This document shows, one piece after another, positions 46,998 to 55,824 of a DNA stretch of 64,000 nt. A model generated the notes under the pieces. The model saw only the letters and a program-made list of their open reading frames with translations. It searched no databases and had not been told where the DNA came from. This DNA comes from a virus. Lineage: Duplodnaviria; Caudoviricetes. Position numbers and translations under genes: made by a program. The DNA lies in the IMG/VR virus record IMGVR_UViG_3300033074_001347, positions 23,189-87,188 of that record. One strand, written 5' to 3'. The first letter of the stretch is position 1. Every line of letters begins with the position of its first letter.

Positions 46998-49241
46998 CTA
47001 AGCTATATTTGTTTCATTGAATACCAAGGATTGATTGGCAATAACCACGTTCAATCCTATTACCTTTGTTGGTACTGTTGGTACAATACGAAGGTCTACA
47101 CCACGGAATCCCCGATCTTCCATAGATTTTGGAGTTTGTGCTTCTGTTGATACCACGCTATAAGAACGTATTGCCCGCGCATTAATATAAGGTGCAACGT
47201 AATTTTCTATCATCTGAGTGATTAAGCTACGAGTAATATCATCGTTTGGTTCTTGTAGGTGATACGCAAGCGCATCAACAAGTGTGACCTCAAGATCAGA
47301 TAGGAATCTACGTACATTAATGTTTTCAAGCATATCAACAACAGGAATTAGTGTTTCTGCTGTCCACAGCACGTAACCTTGACCGGGTTTATTCAGAATA
47401 TAGTTAACACGGTTTTCATATAAGAGAGGTTGATCCCCAGCTGTAAAGTTGATGCGTAGGCCTTGAATAGTATTTATTACACCACGATTTAGTCCGGCAG
47501 GGCTATACCAATTACCACGTTGTTGATCTGTATATGCAAACCGTGCAGCAACGTGACCGGCAGGCCCAACGTATTGTAAACGTCCGTCTTGTAATTGTAC
47601 CTGTAAATCAGGGGCAAATATACCTGCATAGGAAGTCTGTATATTTAATACCTGACGCACATAGTCAACACATGCCTGCGAATTACCTTGGTAAGCACTT
47701 GGCATGTCTAATGTCGCAAAGGCATCTCTGCGTGCCTCTGCAATTTGTGCCATTTTCTTATGTACGGTAGCATTGGCGTAAGCACCATTAATGAGGATTC
47801 TAGCATTAACATCCTCGCGGTATCTAAATGATTCCCATCCTGCTGCTATTTGGGAGGAAGTTGGTAGACTACCATCAGTACCGCCATTTAGCCATAGTAT
47901 AGACGACGAATTAGATAAGGGAGCACCACCATTATAAGAGGGGTCTACTGCCACCCTAATATTTGTAGATGCCAATGATCCAGTATTAATACGATCAGCA
48001 ATATATAATGGTAGGCCAAGATTATCTGACCCTACAGTCATTTGCACATCTATTGTTTCTATGGCTACATTAGGATTAGACCTAGAATAAACTGATATTT
48101 GGAATTTTCCTGTTCTAGCTATCCCTGCTATTGTTTCCGCGACAGACGTAGTAGCCTGAGTATCCCCACTTGCAACCGTGCTTACAAAGGAAGTTAAATC
48201 AATAGTAGAAGGCCCGGGTAATGGTGAAACAATATCTATTTCAAGATCGTTATTAAACGCACCGGCCACGGTAACTACAGACGCCGTGCCATTACCTGAC
48301 CCGAATGCACTTTGTAAAGCAGTTTGAATGGCCGTGGCAATAAGCCCCATGGTATAGTCACTAGAATTAGCATAAGTAACTTGGGTTATTGTTACAGTTT
48401 GATTATTCACTTTGAAATTAAGATTATAGGTATTACCAGTTATTAGAGGACCACTGAAAGAAAGTCTAACAGTTTGCCTTACACCACTATCTACGCCTGT
48501 TATTTTAACGCCAATATCATTGGCCCACGCACCGGGATTTTCTGCGTAAATGGTAATGGCTCTATCATTAGTAACGGTAACTGTAGGTGATGAAACACCA
48601 CCGCTTATTGTAGGTGTACCAAATATGTAAGTGACATTAATCGGAGCAAGTATTCTTATGTAATCACCTGTTAGAGTAACAGATGCTCCCGAACCGGCGG
48701 TTAAGGCTGACACCGCTGATAGTACTGCCGCGCGCAACAAACTCATAGTGTTTGCGTGGGATGTTGCATAGGTAACAGATACCGTTTGCGTGGATACACC
48801 ATCTGTAATTGTCATGGTTAATTGGTTAGACGCCACAAAAGAACCTACCACTTTAATGGTATAAGCCGCCTTTGTATTTGTGTAGTCTACAAGTTGTCCT
48901 TTAGTAGAATCCCCTGATGCCCCAAGCCAGGACCCATCAGCCTGTCCATAGAAAGTGGCAGTGCTATATTTGGCTCCATTTACTACTCTTAATGCATAAA
49001 GCTGGTTGGCCTGTTCCAAAAAGGCATTTGCTTGAATGTGCGCAAGTGTCCAATCTGGATCCTCTCCGCCGTATTTATTTTTAAATGTTTGTGTGTTAGT
49101 AATGTACTGACGGGTAAGAGGTCCTTTTCTAGAACCAAAAACTATAGCACCGACAGAGGGACTAAGTCCTTGAGGCTGAACGCTCAGATCGGTTTCTTGT
49201 AATAGTACGTTAGGATTACCTGGGGATAATGAAAAACTCAT
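46998..49241 (-). CDS. Contractile tail sheath protein
   Basis: N-terminal P.V.LQETDLS...AIVFGSRKGP; C-terminal WYSPAGLNRG, RVNYI and INVRRFL motifs. Confidence 0.93.
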   Translation of the reverse strand: MSFSLSPGNPNVLLQETDLSVQPQGLSPSVGAIVFGSRKGPLTRQYITNTQTFKNKYGGEDPDWTLAHIQANAFLEQANQLYALRVVNGAKYSTATFYGQADGSWLGASGDSTKGQLVDYTNTKAAYTIKVVGSFVASNQLTMTITDGVSTQTVSVTYATSHANTMSLLRAAVLSAVSALTAGSGASVTLTGDYIRILAPINVTYIFGTPTISGGVSSPTVTVTNDRAITIYAENPGAWANDIGVKITGVDSGVRQTVRLSFSGPLITGNTYNLNFKVNNQTVTITQVTYANSSDYTMGLIATAIQTALQSAFGSGNGTASVVTVAGAFNNDLEIDIVSPLPGPSTIDLTSFVSTVASGDTQATTSVAETIAGIARTGKFQISVYSRSNPNVAIETIDVQMTVGSDNLGLPLYIADRINTGSLASTNIRVAVDPSYNGGAPLSNSSSILWLNGGTDGSLPTSSQIAAGWESFRYREDVNARILINGAYANATVHKKMAQIAEARRDAFATLDMPSAYQGNSQACVDYVRQVLNIQTSYAGIFAPDLQVQLQDGRLQYVGPAGHVAARFAYTDQQRGNWYSPAGLNRGVINTIQGLRINFTAGDQPLLYENRVNYILNKPGQGYVLWTAETLIPVVDMLENINVRRFLSDLEVTLVDALAYHLQEPNDDITRSLITQMIENYVAPYINARAIRSYSVVSTEAQTPKSMEDRGFRGVDLRIVPTVPTKVIGLNVVIANQSLVFNETNIA

Positions 49242-49460
49242 TTACTTAGCTCCCGCCTTTTTACCTTTTAATTCGTCTGCTGTATCTGTAGAAGGCACAT
49301 TTAATTGTGCTTTATCATAGTAAAGCCCACTGCTGGGTAATTTCCACGAAAATTTGTCATCTACAGGTACGTCTTTAGCATGAGGATTAACGAGCACGGT
49401 ATCGCCGTCAAAGGCACGCAGCTCTACACTCATGTTGTATGGATTTGTTACTAGTATCAT
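49242..49460 (-). CDS. Small hypothetical virion-module protein
   Basis: Start moved to ATG 49460 (SD AAGGAG). Confidence 0.65.
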   Translation of the reverse strand: MILVTNPYNMSVELRAFDGDTVLVNPHAKDVPVDDKFSWKLPSSGLYYDKAQLNVPSTDTADELKGKKAGAK

Positions 49461-49480
49461 TTTAATCTCCTTATTCGTAT

Positions 49481-49488
49481 TAAATTGA
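49481..49488 (-). promoter_or_regulatory. Candidate late promoter TCAATTTA
   Basis: 20 nt upstream of ATG 49460, heading the sheath/tube block. Confidence 0.55.
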
Positions 49489-49494
49489 AGCGGA

Positions 49495-49827
49495 TTACGC
49501 ATAAACAATATATAAATCTGAGTTCACCGACCCACTATTATAAGCCACCGTAACACTACCAATAGACCCTGTCATAAATAGGGTGTGACCTAAAGTAAGG
49601 GCAGCGTTTGAACCTATAGTAAGGGTAGCTCCTACCGCCGATGAGTTAACCCATAAAAACTTTGTTACAGTAAATGTTTTTGATATAGATAGCCCGCTTT
49701 GTTCAAAAGTCATAAGTGAAGCACTATCTAGAGCTATTCCATCCCTAATAGAAGATAGATTGCGTCTACTTTTATTTTCTGATACAAAGAGTTGACCGTC
49801 AAATACCAATGTTCTATTTAAAGCCAT
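49495..49827 (-). CDS. Small hypothetical virion-module protein
   Basis: 110 aa, beta-rich, tightly packed. Confidence 0.65.
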   Translation of the reverse strand: MALNRTLVFDGQLFVSENKSRRNLSSIRDGIALDSASLMTFEQSGLSISKTFTVTKFLWVNSSAVGATLTIGSNAALTLGHTLFMTGSIGSVTVAYNSGSVNSDLYIVYA

Positions 49828-50616
49828 TTAGCTACCTCTTGTATTTGTTACGTTGACACCATCAAAACTGAATTTTATTTGCGCTATTTGATCCCTGCCT
49901 TCAAACAACAACTTGTCATATTCATCTATGGTGTACTCTTTACCCGGATCTATACCAATAGGCATATTAACAGAGATATTTAGTGGTATAGTTTGCTTTA
50001 CAGGTGTGCCTACAAACGTATGTAATTTTAATGGGATTTCCGCCTTAAAATAATATTCTGTTTCTCCTTCGCCGTCTGGCTCAGAAACCGCAAAATCATT
50101 TTCTATGTCAACCCTACAATTCACTCGCAACATATCGTTTGTACCTTGCATAGAGAAGGAAAAACCTTCAAGATTCTCATTAATATTGGATAATGTATTA
50201 ATGAATGAGGATTGGTCTGGGTCTATTATTTGTAGTTGTAATTCAACCAATACAGGGCGTAACCTATAGGCATTATAATTTTGTAAGTCACCAGTTTCAG
50301 GTGAACCCCACCAACTTGTCACCGTATTTCTATAAAATGCAAAACTATTATATCCGTCTGTATCTTTTCCTATATTTGTTATTTTTAACCCTTGTAATGG
50401 CCACATATCTTTTTTGTCTGGATATAATCTTTGTTGAGCTTCTCTTATAAGGCGTTCACCAACAAAGGACAACATTGGTTTCCCATTAAAAAACTTTCTA
50501 CTCAGCGAGGTTTTTAAGGCAACAATAGACCCCCAGAATATGGGATGGGGACCACTTACTTTTGAGCTGGCGTTTGTATTTTGACCCGTGCTAGCCTTGT
50601 TAGACTCTACCGTCAT
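49828..50616 (-). CDS. Probable tail completion / neck protein
   Basis: 262 aa upstream of the sheath; assigned from position only. Confidence 0.45.
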   Translation of the reverse strand: MTVESNKASTGQNTNASSKVSGPHPIFWGSIVALKTSLSRKFFNGKPMLSFVGERLIREAQQRLYPDKKDMWPLQGLKITNIGKDTDGYNSFAFYRNTVTSWWGSPETGDLQNYNAYRLRPVLVELQLQIIDPDQSSFINTLSNINENLEGFSFSMQGTNDMLRVNCRVDIENDFAVSEPDGEGETEYYFKAEIPLKLHTFVGTPVKQTIPLNISVNMPIGIDPGKEYTIDEYDKLLFEGRDQIAQIKFSFDGVNVTNTRGS

Positions 50617-50646
50617 TTAGTACCTCATAAATTGGTTTTATATAAT

Positions 50647-50654
50647 TAAATTGA
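50647..50654 (-). promoter_or_regulatory. Candidate late promoter TCAATTTA
   Basis: 30 nt upstream of ATG 50616, where the leftward operon must restart. Confidence 0.55.
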
Positions 50655-50700
50655 GCTGTTCTTAACATATGGTAAAGTAAAAATACAAGGAGAATATAAA

Positions 50701-51150
50701 ATGGTACACGATTTAATAAGAACAGAAACAGTTAAAATTGGTAGTAAGGCCGTCAAACTTGATGGTATTAATGCCTGGAAAATTGGTATAGGTAAACTAG
50801 TAGGCAAAGAATTAAAGTCTATTAATGTTTGCAGGGAAGAAAATAGTAATTATATAGAATTAGTGTCTAAAGGGGCATCTTCCTATTATATTTTTCATGA
50901 TCCTAGCTGTAGTGAGAATGTATATATAGAGTCTATAGTTGGTGACATTAACGATTTGATTGATACACCAATTATTTTGGCAGAAGTATCCTCAAATACT
51001 ATTGATCCTGCCAAAGGGGAAGACCTTAGTTACATGTGGACCTTCTACAGATTTAGAACGGTTAAGGGTAATGTAGACATAAGGTGGTATGGTGAGTCAA
51101 ACGGATATTATAGCGAGGAAGTAGATATTGTTGAAATTATGAATCAGTAG
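50701..51150 (+). CDS. Conserved-looking phage hypothetical protein on the opposite strand inside the morphogenesis cluster
   Basis: AAGGAG SD; H..SCSENVYIESIVGD...WTFYRF.TVKG.VDIRWYGESNGYYSE pattern. Confidence 0.75.
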   Translation: MVHDLIRTETVKIGSKAVKLDGINAWKIGIGKLVGKELKSINVCREENSNYIELVSKGASSYYIFHDPSCSENVYIESIVGDINDLIDTPIILAEVSSNTIDPAKGEDLSYMWTFYRFRTVKGNVDIRWYGESNGYYSEEVDIVEIMNQ

Positions 51151-51160
51151 ACTGAATAAG

Positions 51161-51184
51161 AAAAGGGGGCCTAGGCCCCCTTTT
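51161..51184. terminator. Bidirectional terminator between convergent genes
   Basis: AAAAGGGGGCC-ta-GGCCCCCTTTT. Confidence 0.88.
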
Positions 51185-51205
51185 CTATTGTCAGTAACAT
51201 ATAAC

Positions 51206-51763
51206 CTATTTGGCCGATTGGCAACCACGAGCACGTTGAGCTTTTGTGACTTGCTGACGGTGACGGGAATTTACTTCTTCGCCTTCGTCATAGTCCTCAT
51301 CGTCCTCATCTTCACCTTCATCTTCCTCATCCTCACCTGCAATAACCGTTGCATCATGTTTTGCAACGATCTCAGCTAATTCACCAGTTTTCAGAGCTGA
51401 TAAGATTAGCTTCAATGCAGTTTTACGGTCATCTGAATTATACGCGGCTAAGGCAGCTTTAACATATCCTTCTTCCTCTTCATCTTTATCAGAATCATCA
51501 GAAGTTTCTACTGTTTCGGGCTGTTCAGTCTTGTCTAATTCAGCGTCCTCAACTTCATTTGTTGATGCGGAAATAGGGGTTACAGTTTCTACTGGTTTTG
51601 TCATTTCTAGCAACAATTGTTGTACCTTGAGGAAAAAGTCTCCACTATCAAAGTCAGGCAACTGTTGCCGTACTGCACCGGCTACTTGTTCACAAGCAGG
51701 TTTTAATACTTCAAAAACCTTTAGTATGTCAAGTTTGCCGGTGCTTAATGTACGACGGGCCAT
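51206..51763 (-). CDS. Acidic head-associated protein
   Basis: GGAGG SD; D/E-rich tracts; immediately downstream of the capsid gene. Confidence 0.6.
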   Translation of the reverse strand: MARRTLSTGKLDILKVFEVLKPACEQVAGAVRQQLPDFDSGDFFLKVQQLLLEMTKPVETVTPISASTNEVEDAELDKTEQPETVETSDDSDKDEEEEGYVKAALAAYNSDDRKTALKLILSALKTGELAEIVAKHDATVIAGEDEEDEGEDEDDEDYDEGEEVNSRHRQQVTKAQRARGCQSAK

Positions 51764-51789
51764 ATCCGTGCCTCCTATTTGGTTTAGGT

Positions 51790-52893
51790 TTAGCTACGGA
51801 TTGCTTTAGAAACAGCCGCAATGTTTGTTACAACAATAGAGGTCATTTCAATGAAAGACCAACCACGAGTTGGTTTGGCGATGGGTTGTTGTTGGCCATT
51901 GCGTTCTGTTACCTGTGGTTCACCACGAGTAGTGAAGGCACCAGTTTGTTCAGGCTTGGCAGTGACATAAATTTCACCACGGCTTAGAACACGGAAGTTT
52001 AGGGCGCGGCGGTGCATATCAGTAATGATTTGAGTACCACCAAGAGTACCAACCATACCGGTACGGACGATTTCCAAGCGAGAAACCGGATCAAACCATG
52101 TACCGAAGCTACCATTACCAGTAATGTCAACAATGATGTCTGAAGCCATTAGTAAGGTCTCTGGGCTTACACCACGAGAGCTTACATTGTTCAGCAGTTG
52201 TTGGTGGTTGGTGGGGCTATAGGAAGAAGCGAGTATTGTTAGTGCATTACCACCAGGTAATACTACGGCTTTGTCCAGCAGACCCTTTAGATAGCGATCT
52301 TCTGCAACCATGATGGCTTCTAACCCTTCAAAGTACTTTTCAGAAAGTACATCAGAAGAGCTTTGTGCCAGTTCTAGTTCTTCTACTTCCACATTGCCGG
52401 TAATATAGAATTCCGGTGGGGTGTAAAAGTTATCACGCACGAACTGTGCTTGAACACCAGCGGCAGAGCTTTGAGCAACTGCGTAGCTGTTTTTCATAGC
52501 CATGCGTACACGAGCTACGTTGCCTTGAGCAAGTGGGGTTTCCACTAGTAGACGACGCATAAAGCCTTCACGGTTGGCTTGTTGTTGGATTGTAGTAGCA
52601 ATATCACTACCTAGTGACTGCCATTTACCACTAACTTGATCGCTGTAATAAGCATCAATAAGATGCTGGCGAGCTTCTAGCTTTTCGGCGGCAGTTACCA
52701 CAGTGCGTTGATCACCGTGCATATTAATCTTACCGTCTTGAACGGCATTAGCTAGTGTTACTAGCAGGTTAGTAAGCTCACTCTTGGAAGAGGCATTGAA
52801 CTCACCATTAGACGCTACTAGTGCCTCACGACTATTTAGGCCAAGGTCACTCTTCCGCGCAGTAGAAGCAGCAATAGCAAAAGGTTTAGCCAT
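51790..52893 (-). CDS. Major capsid protein (HK97-fold expected)
   Basis: 367 aa with high-expression codon usage; scaffold-decoration-capsid gene order; REGFMRR, EA.MV.EDR pattern. Confidence 0.8.
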   Translation of the reverse strand: MAKPFAIAASTARKSDLGLNSREALVASNGEFNASSKSELTNLLVTLANAVQDGKINMHGDQRTVVTAAEKLEARQHLIDAYYSDQVSGKWQSLGSDIATTIQQQANREGFMRRLLVETPLAQGNVARVRMAMKNSYAVAQSSAAGVQAQFVRDNFYTPPEFYITGNVEVEELELAQSSSDVLSEKYFEGLEAIMVAEDRYLKGLLDKAVVLPGGNALTILASSYSPTNHQQLLNNVSSRGVSPETLLMASDIIVDITGNGSFGTWFDPVSRLEIVRTGMVGTLGGTQIITDMHRRALNFRVLSRGEIYVTAKPEQTGAFTTRGEPQVTERNGQQQPIAKPTRGWSFIEMTSIVVTNIAAVSKAIRS

Positions 52894-52917
52894 TGTGTAT
52901 TTCCTTTCTATTTATAA

Positions 52918-53625
52918 TTACTTGACCAAGACCAAGAGGCTTGGGTTATCAACTGACGGCGCACGTAGAATAAATACGTTTGCTGACAGAGAAGTACCAG
53001 ATCCACCGAGGGAGAATCTACCAGAGGCACCTAGTCTAACTGCACCACCAGCAGCCCAGTTAGATGCGGCATCAAATTCAGTGGTAGCAATTTGCCCACG
53101 AATTACAACACCAGTGCTGGTTAGAGCATCAGTAGCCTGTACAGTGGAGGGCTGTCGGGAATCACCATAAAGCGCAACAGATTCAGCAACAGTTAAATCT
53201 GTGCGGTAAGTTACCGTCAGGGTTTCACCGTTTTGAGCGGTATTTAGGTCTAGCTTGGATGCATCAGAGGCATTTACCTTGACTTCACCAGAGCTTGGTG
53301 AACCAGTTACACCAGTTAGTGCGCCGGTGGTAGAGGCCACGGCATAAATGGTGGTAGCATTACCAGAAACGGCACGGCTTAGTTGTGCAGAACCAGCAGC
53401 AACAGCAATACCTGTTTCCACCATAACACGAGTAGTTTGAGGAGCATATGCGTTTAGAGCAATACCCCCAAACACTTCGCTAGAACCACCAGCGGTGGGT
53501 TTTACTTTAGCTACACCGCTTTCATACACAATTTGAAGGGGAGTACCTTCGTAAATGTGGGAAGTAGAGGCCGCAATTGGCAACTCTAGGGTGTCAAGAA
53601 AGCGGCTTTCATTACTGAGAATCAT
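52918..53625 (-). CDS. Capsid decoration/cement-like protein
   Basis: 235 aa, A/T/G/S-rich, between scaffold and capsid; same codon bias. Confidence 0.6.
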   Translation of the reverse strand: MILSNESRFLDTLELPIAASTSHIYEGTPLQIVYESGVAKVKPTAGGSSEVFGGIALNAYAPQTTRVMVETGIAVAAGSAQLSRAVSGNATTIYAVASTTGALTGVTGSPSSGEVKVNASDASKLDLNTAQNGETLTVTYRTDLTVAESVALYGDSRQPSTVQATDALTSTGVVIRGQIATTEFDAASNWAAGGAVRLGASGRFSLGGSGTSLSANVFILRAPSVDNPSLLVLVK

Positions 53626-53648
53626 AATTATATTCCTTTTATGATTGA

Positions 53649-54995
53649 TTAATTACCACCACTGATAGAAGCTAAAAACTTCTTAGTTACCGAGGGTGAT
53701 TGGTTTGTTGATGCAGTCGCCACAATTTGTGGAGTTGTGCTAACAGAAGCCACGGCCACAGAACCGTTAGCTAGTTTATTACTAAGGATGCTTGCCACTG
53801 TTCTAGCCGAGCTGTAAGGAGCATCCTCAATAGTAGAAGCCAATACATTCATAGCCTCTACAGAGCGGTTGCGAAGTTCAGCAACCTTACTCATAACCTC
53901 TTCTACCATTTCTGGAGCAGCCTCATCGTATGCCTCATCAATGATTTCATCGGCGTCTTCTACACCAGCTTGAGCAAGTTTTGCTTTTAGCACAGAGCGA
54001 AGAGGATTGCGCATTTTTAGCAGACCTTTAGTTTGAGCTAGAAGGGCTATTGATAGAGCCTGCGCTGTGGCAGCATCTGTCTCATTGCGTTCTTCTTCAA
54101 GCTTATCCTGAGCGTCCTTTACTGCTTCCTCTATTTGTTGTTGAGTTACCTTTTCTACTGGTATTTCAGCAACAAGTGGTTCTACGCCGTACTTCTTTTC
54201 TGTTTCTTCGTCAAGTCCGTCCTCTTTAACAGCGGCCAAGAACATTTTGGCAACTGCTTCTGTGGCCCAAATTTGACGAATTTCAGAAGATGCCAACGCT
54301 GGATTAAGCTTGGCAACAGGCTGGCCATTTACAAACATGTAAAGGTACCCGCCTTCCAGAGAACTAGCAACCAGTTCTAGTGAGGACTGGCCACTTAGCT
54401 TTTCTTTTGCCATTAGCTTATACAGGTTAACACGAGTAGAACTCATAACCTTTTCATGATCTTCTTCATCTTCCTCAGAATCATCCTCGTCAGACTCGTC
54501 AGCAGCGGTTTCTTCCACTTCCACTTCTTCATCTTCCTCAGAATCATCTTCTTCGTCAGATTCATCGGCGGCTACGGTTTCTTCGTCCTCTACAGAATCA
54601 TCTTCTTCGTCAGATTCATCAGCAGCGGTTTCTTCTACTTCTTCATCTTCCCCAGAATCCTCGTCAGTTTCGGCGGTGGCCTCTTTATCGTCATCCACCA
54701 CTTCCACTTCGTCATCATCAGTAGCGGCTTCTTCCACTTCCTCATCGTCCTCGTTAGCAGCAGCTTGCTTTAGAATACCAAATTTTGGACGTGCTGTAGT
54801 CTTTTCAGACTCAGTCCATCCACTCTTTAGCTCATCAGCTTCGTCAGCCTCATCAGCGTCGGTAAGCTCTACTGCTTCATCAGCACTAAGGGTTTTTTCA
54901 ATAAGGGTTTCGTCGTCCTCATTGACCTTATCTGCTTTAGATGCGGTTGCGGGAGCAAGCTTTTGCTTAGGCAGTTTATCGTCCTGCTTTGCCAT
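53649..54995 (-). CDS. Prohead scaffolding protein (very acidic)
   Basis: Long D/E tracts plus a coiled coil; AAGGAG SD; upstream of the head genes. Confidence 0.7.
   Translation of the reverse strand: MAKQDDKLPKQKLAPATASKADKVNEDDETLIEKTLSADEAVELTDADEADEADELKSGWTESEKTTARPKFGILKQAAANEDDEEVEEAATDDDEVEVVDDDKEATAETDEDSGEDEEVEETAADESDEEDDSVEDEETVAADESDEEDDSEEDEEVEVEETAADESDEDDSEEDEEDHEKVMSSTRVNLYKLMAKEKLSGQSSLELVASSLEGGYLYMFVNGQPVAKLNPALASSEIRQIWATEAVAKMFLAAVKEDGLDEETEKKYGVEPLVAEIPVEKVTQQQIEEAVKDAQDKLEEERNETDAATAQALSIALLAQTKGLLKMRNPLRSVLKAKLAQAGVEDADEIIDEAYDEAAPEMVEEVMSKVAELRNRSVEAMNVLASTIEDAPYSSARTVASILSNKLANGSVAVASVSTTPQIVATASTNQSPSVTKKFLASISGGN
54457..54745. repeat. Degenerate tandem repeats encoding (E)TAADESDEEDDSEEDEEVE units
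   Basis: cagaatcatcttcttcgtcagattcatc and gcagcggtttcttc recur within the scaffold gene. Confidence 0.8.
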
Positions 54996-55011
54996 TACTA
55001 TGGCTCCTTTT

Positions 55012-55019
55012 TAAGTTGA
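55012..55019 (-). promoter_or_regulatory. Candidate late promoter variant TCAACTTA
   Basis: 16 nt upstream of the scaffold ATG, heading the head operon. Confidence 0.45.
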
Positions 55020-55026
55020 TCTTATC

Positions 55027-55130
55027 GTGTAACCATATTACACAGTCGTTCACGTGAACTCTGGTATAATACCGCGTTCATATAAAATTATATCAAAAAT
55101 GTTTTAAAATTTATGAAAAATGTTTTAAAA
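55027..55130. promoter_or_regulatory. Divergent control region: two inverted repeats, an extended -10 and a 21-bp-period direct repeat
   Basis: GTGTAA-N5-TTACAC (55027-43), GTTCACGTGAAC (55048-59), TGGTATAAT (55062-70), AAAAATGTTTTAAAA twice (55095, 55116). Confidence 0.65.
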
Positions 55131-55223
55131 AATATCAATAAATATATGTTATAGGATGGCGAACAATTTATTATGTGAAACGTAAAGTTATTTCACAATA
55201 ACAAATAGGAAAGGACATAAAAA

Positions 55224-55511
55224 ATGGCAAATAGACGACCTGCTAATAGAAATCATGCGGATAGTATTTCATACGGCTGTTCCCCAGAGGCCGTTAAAGA
55301 AGTATTTACTCAGGTAAACTCGCTAGACCAGGATTCATTCGTGGAAGGTCTAATAGCTTTGTCTAAGAGAACCGATGTAGTGCGTATATTTTTACCTGGT
55401 GTAAGCCTTGTAGGAAAAGTAGAAGTATCAAAAGATAAAAAATCGGCATTGATATACGACGATAATAAGGTAACTACTGTACAAATTAGCAACATTAGTT
55501 CGTATTCATGA
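55224..55511 (+). CDS. Putative Hfq/Sm-like RNA-binding protein
   Basis: SLDQDSF..GL.....VVRIFLPGVSLVGKVE...ISSY aligns by eye with Hfq SLQDPFLNAL...VSIYLVNGIKLQGQIE...ISTV; lacks YKHA. Confidence 0.5.
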   Translation: MANRRPANRNHADSISYGCSPEAVKEVFTQVNSLDQDSFVEGLIALSKRTDVVRIFLPGVSLVGKVEVSKDKKSALIYDDNKVTTVQISNISSYS

Positions 55512-55816
55512 TTACATCTTGGGCAACATTGGATATAGAGACCTATTTTAATTTAGGTTCAAAACAAAAATTAGGTATATATATTGAAATGCTAAATGTA
55601 TTACCTCAATACCCTAAGGAAATAGATAGAAATAGACTTATGTTACCAACAAGTAGTTGGACACTAGAACATTATAATAATTACTTAGAAGCAAATAAAT
55701 TTTGTGAAGGACAAATGAAATTTACAGCCGATAAGGTAGAGATACCAATATCTCCGGTACTACTACTTAATTTAGTGTGTTCTAATGTTTGTCACCAAAC
55801 TGGTTTAATACACTAG
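55508..55816 (+). CDS. Hypothetical protein
   Basis: ATGA overlap with the upstream gene. Confidence 0.65.
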   Translation: MITSWATLDIETYFNLGSKQKLGIYIEMLNVLPQYPKEIDRNRLMLPTSSWTLEHYNNYLEANKFCEGQMKFTADKVEIPISPVLLLNLVCSNVCHQTGLIH

Positions 55817-55824
55817 TTTAAGTG

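Noticed and set aside
55048-55080. LexA or CtrA boxes as host clues
   Set aside because: Spacing does not fit GTTC-N7-GTTC here, nor TTAA-N7-TTAA at 4564-4580.
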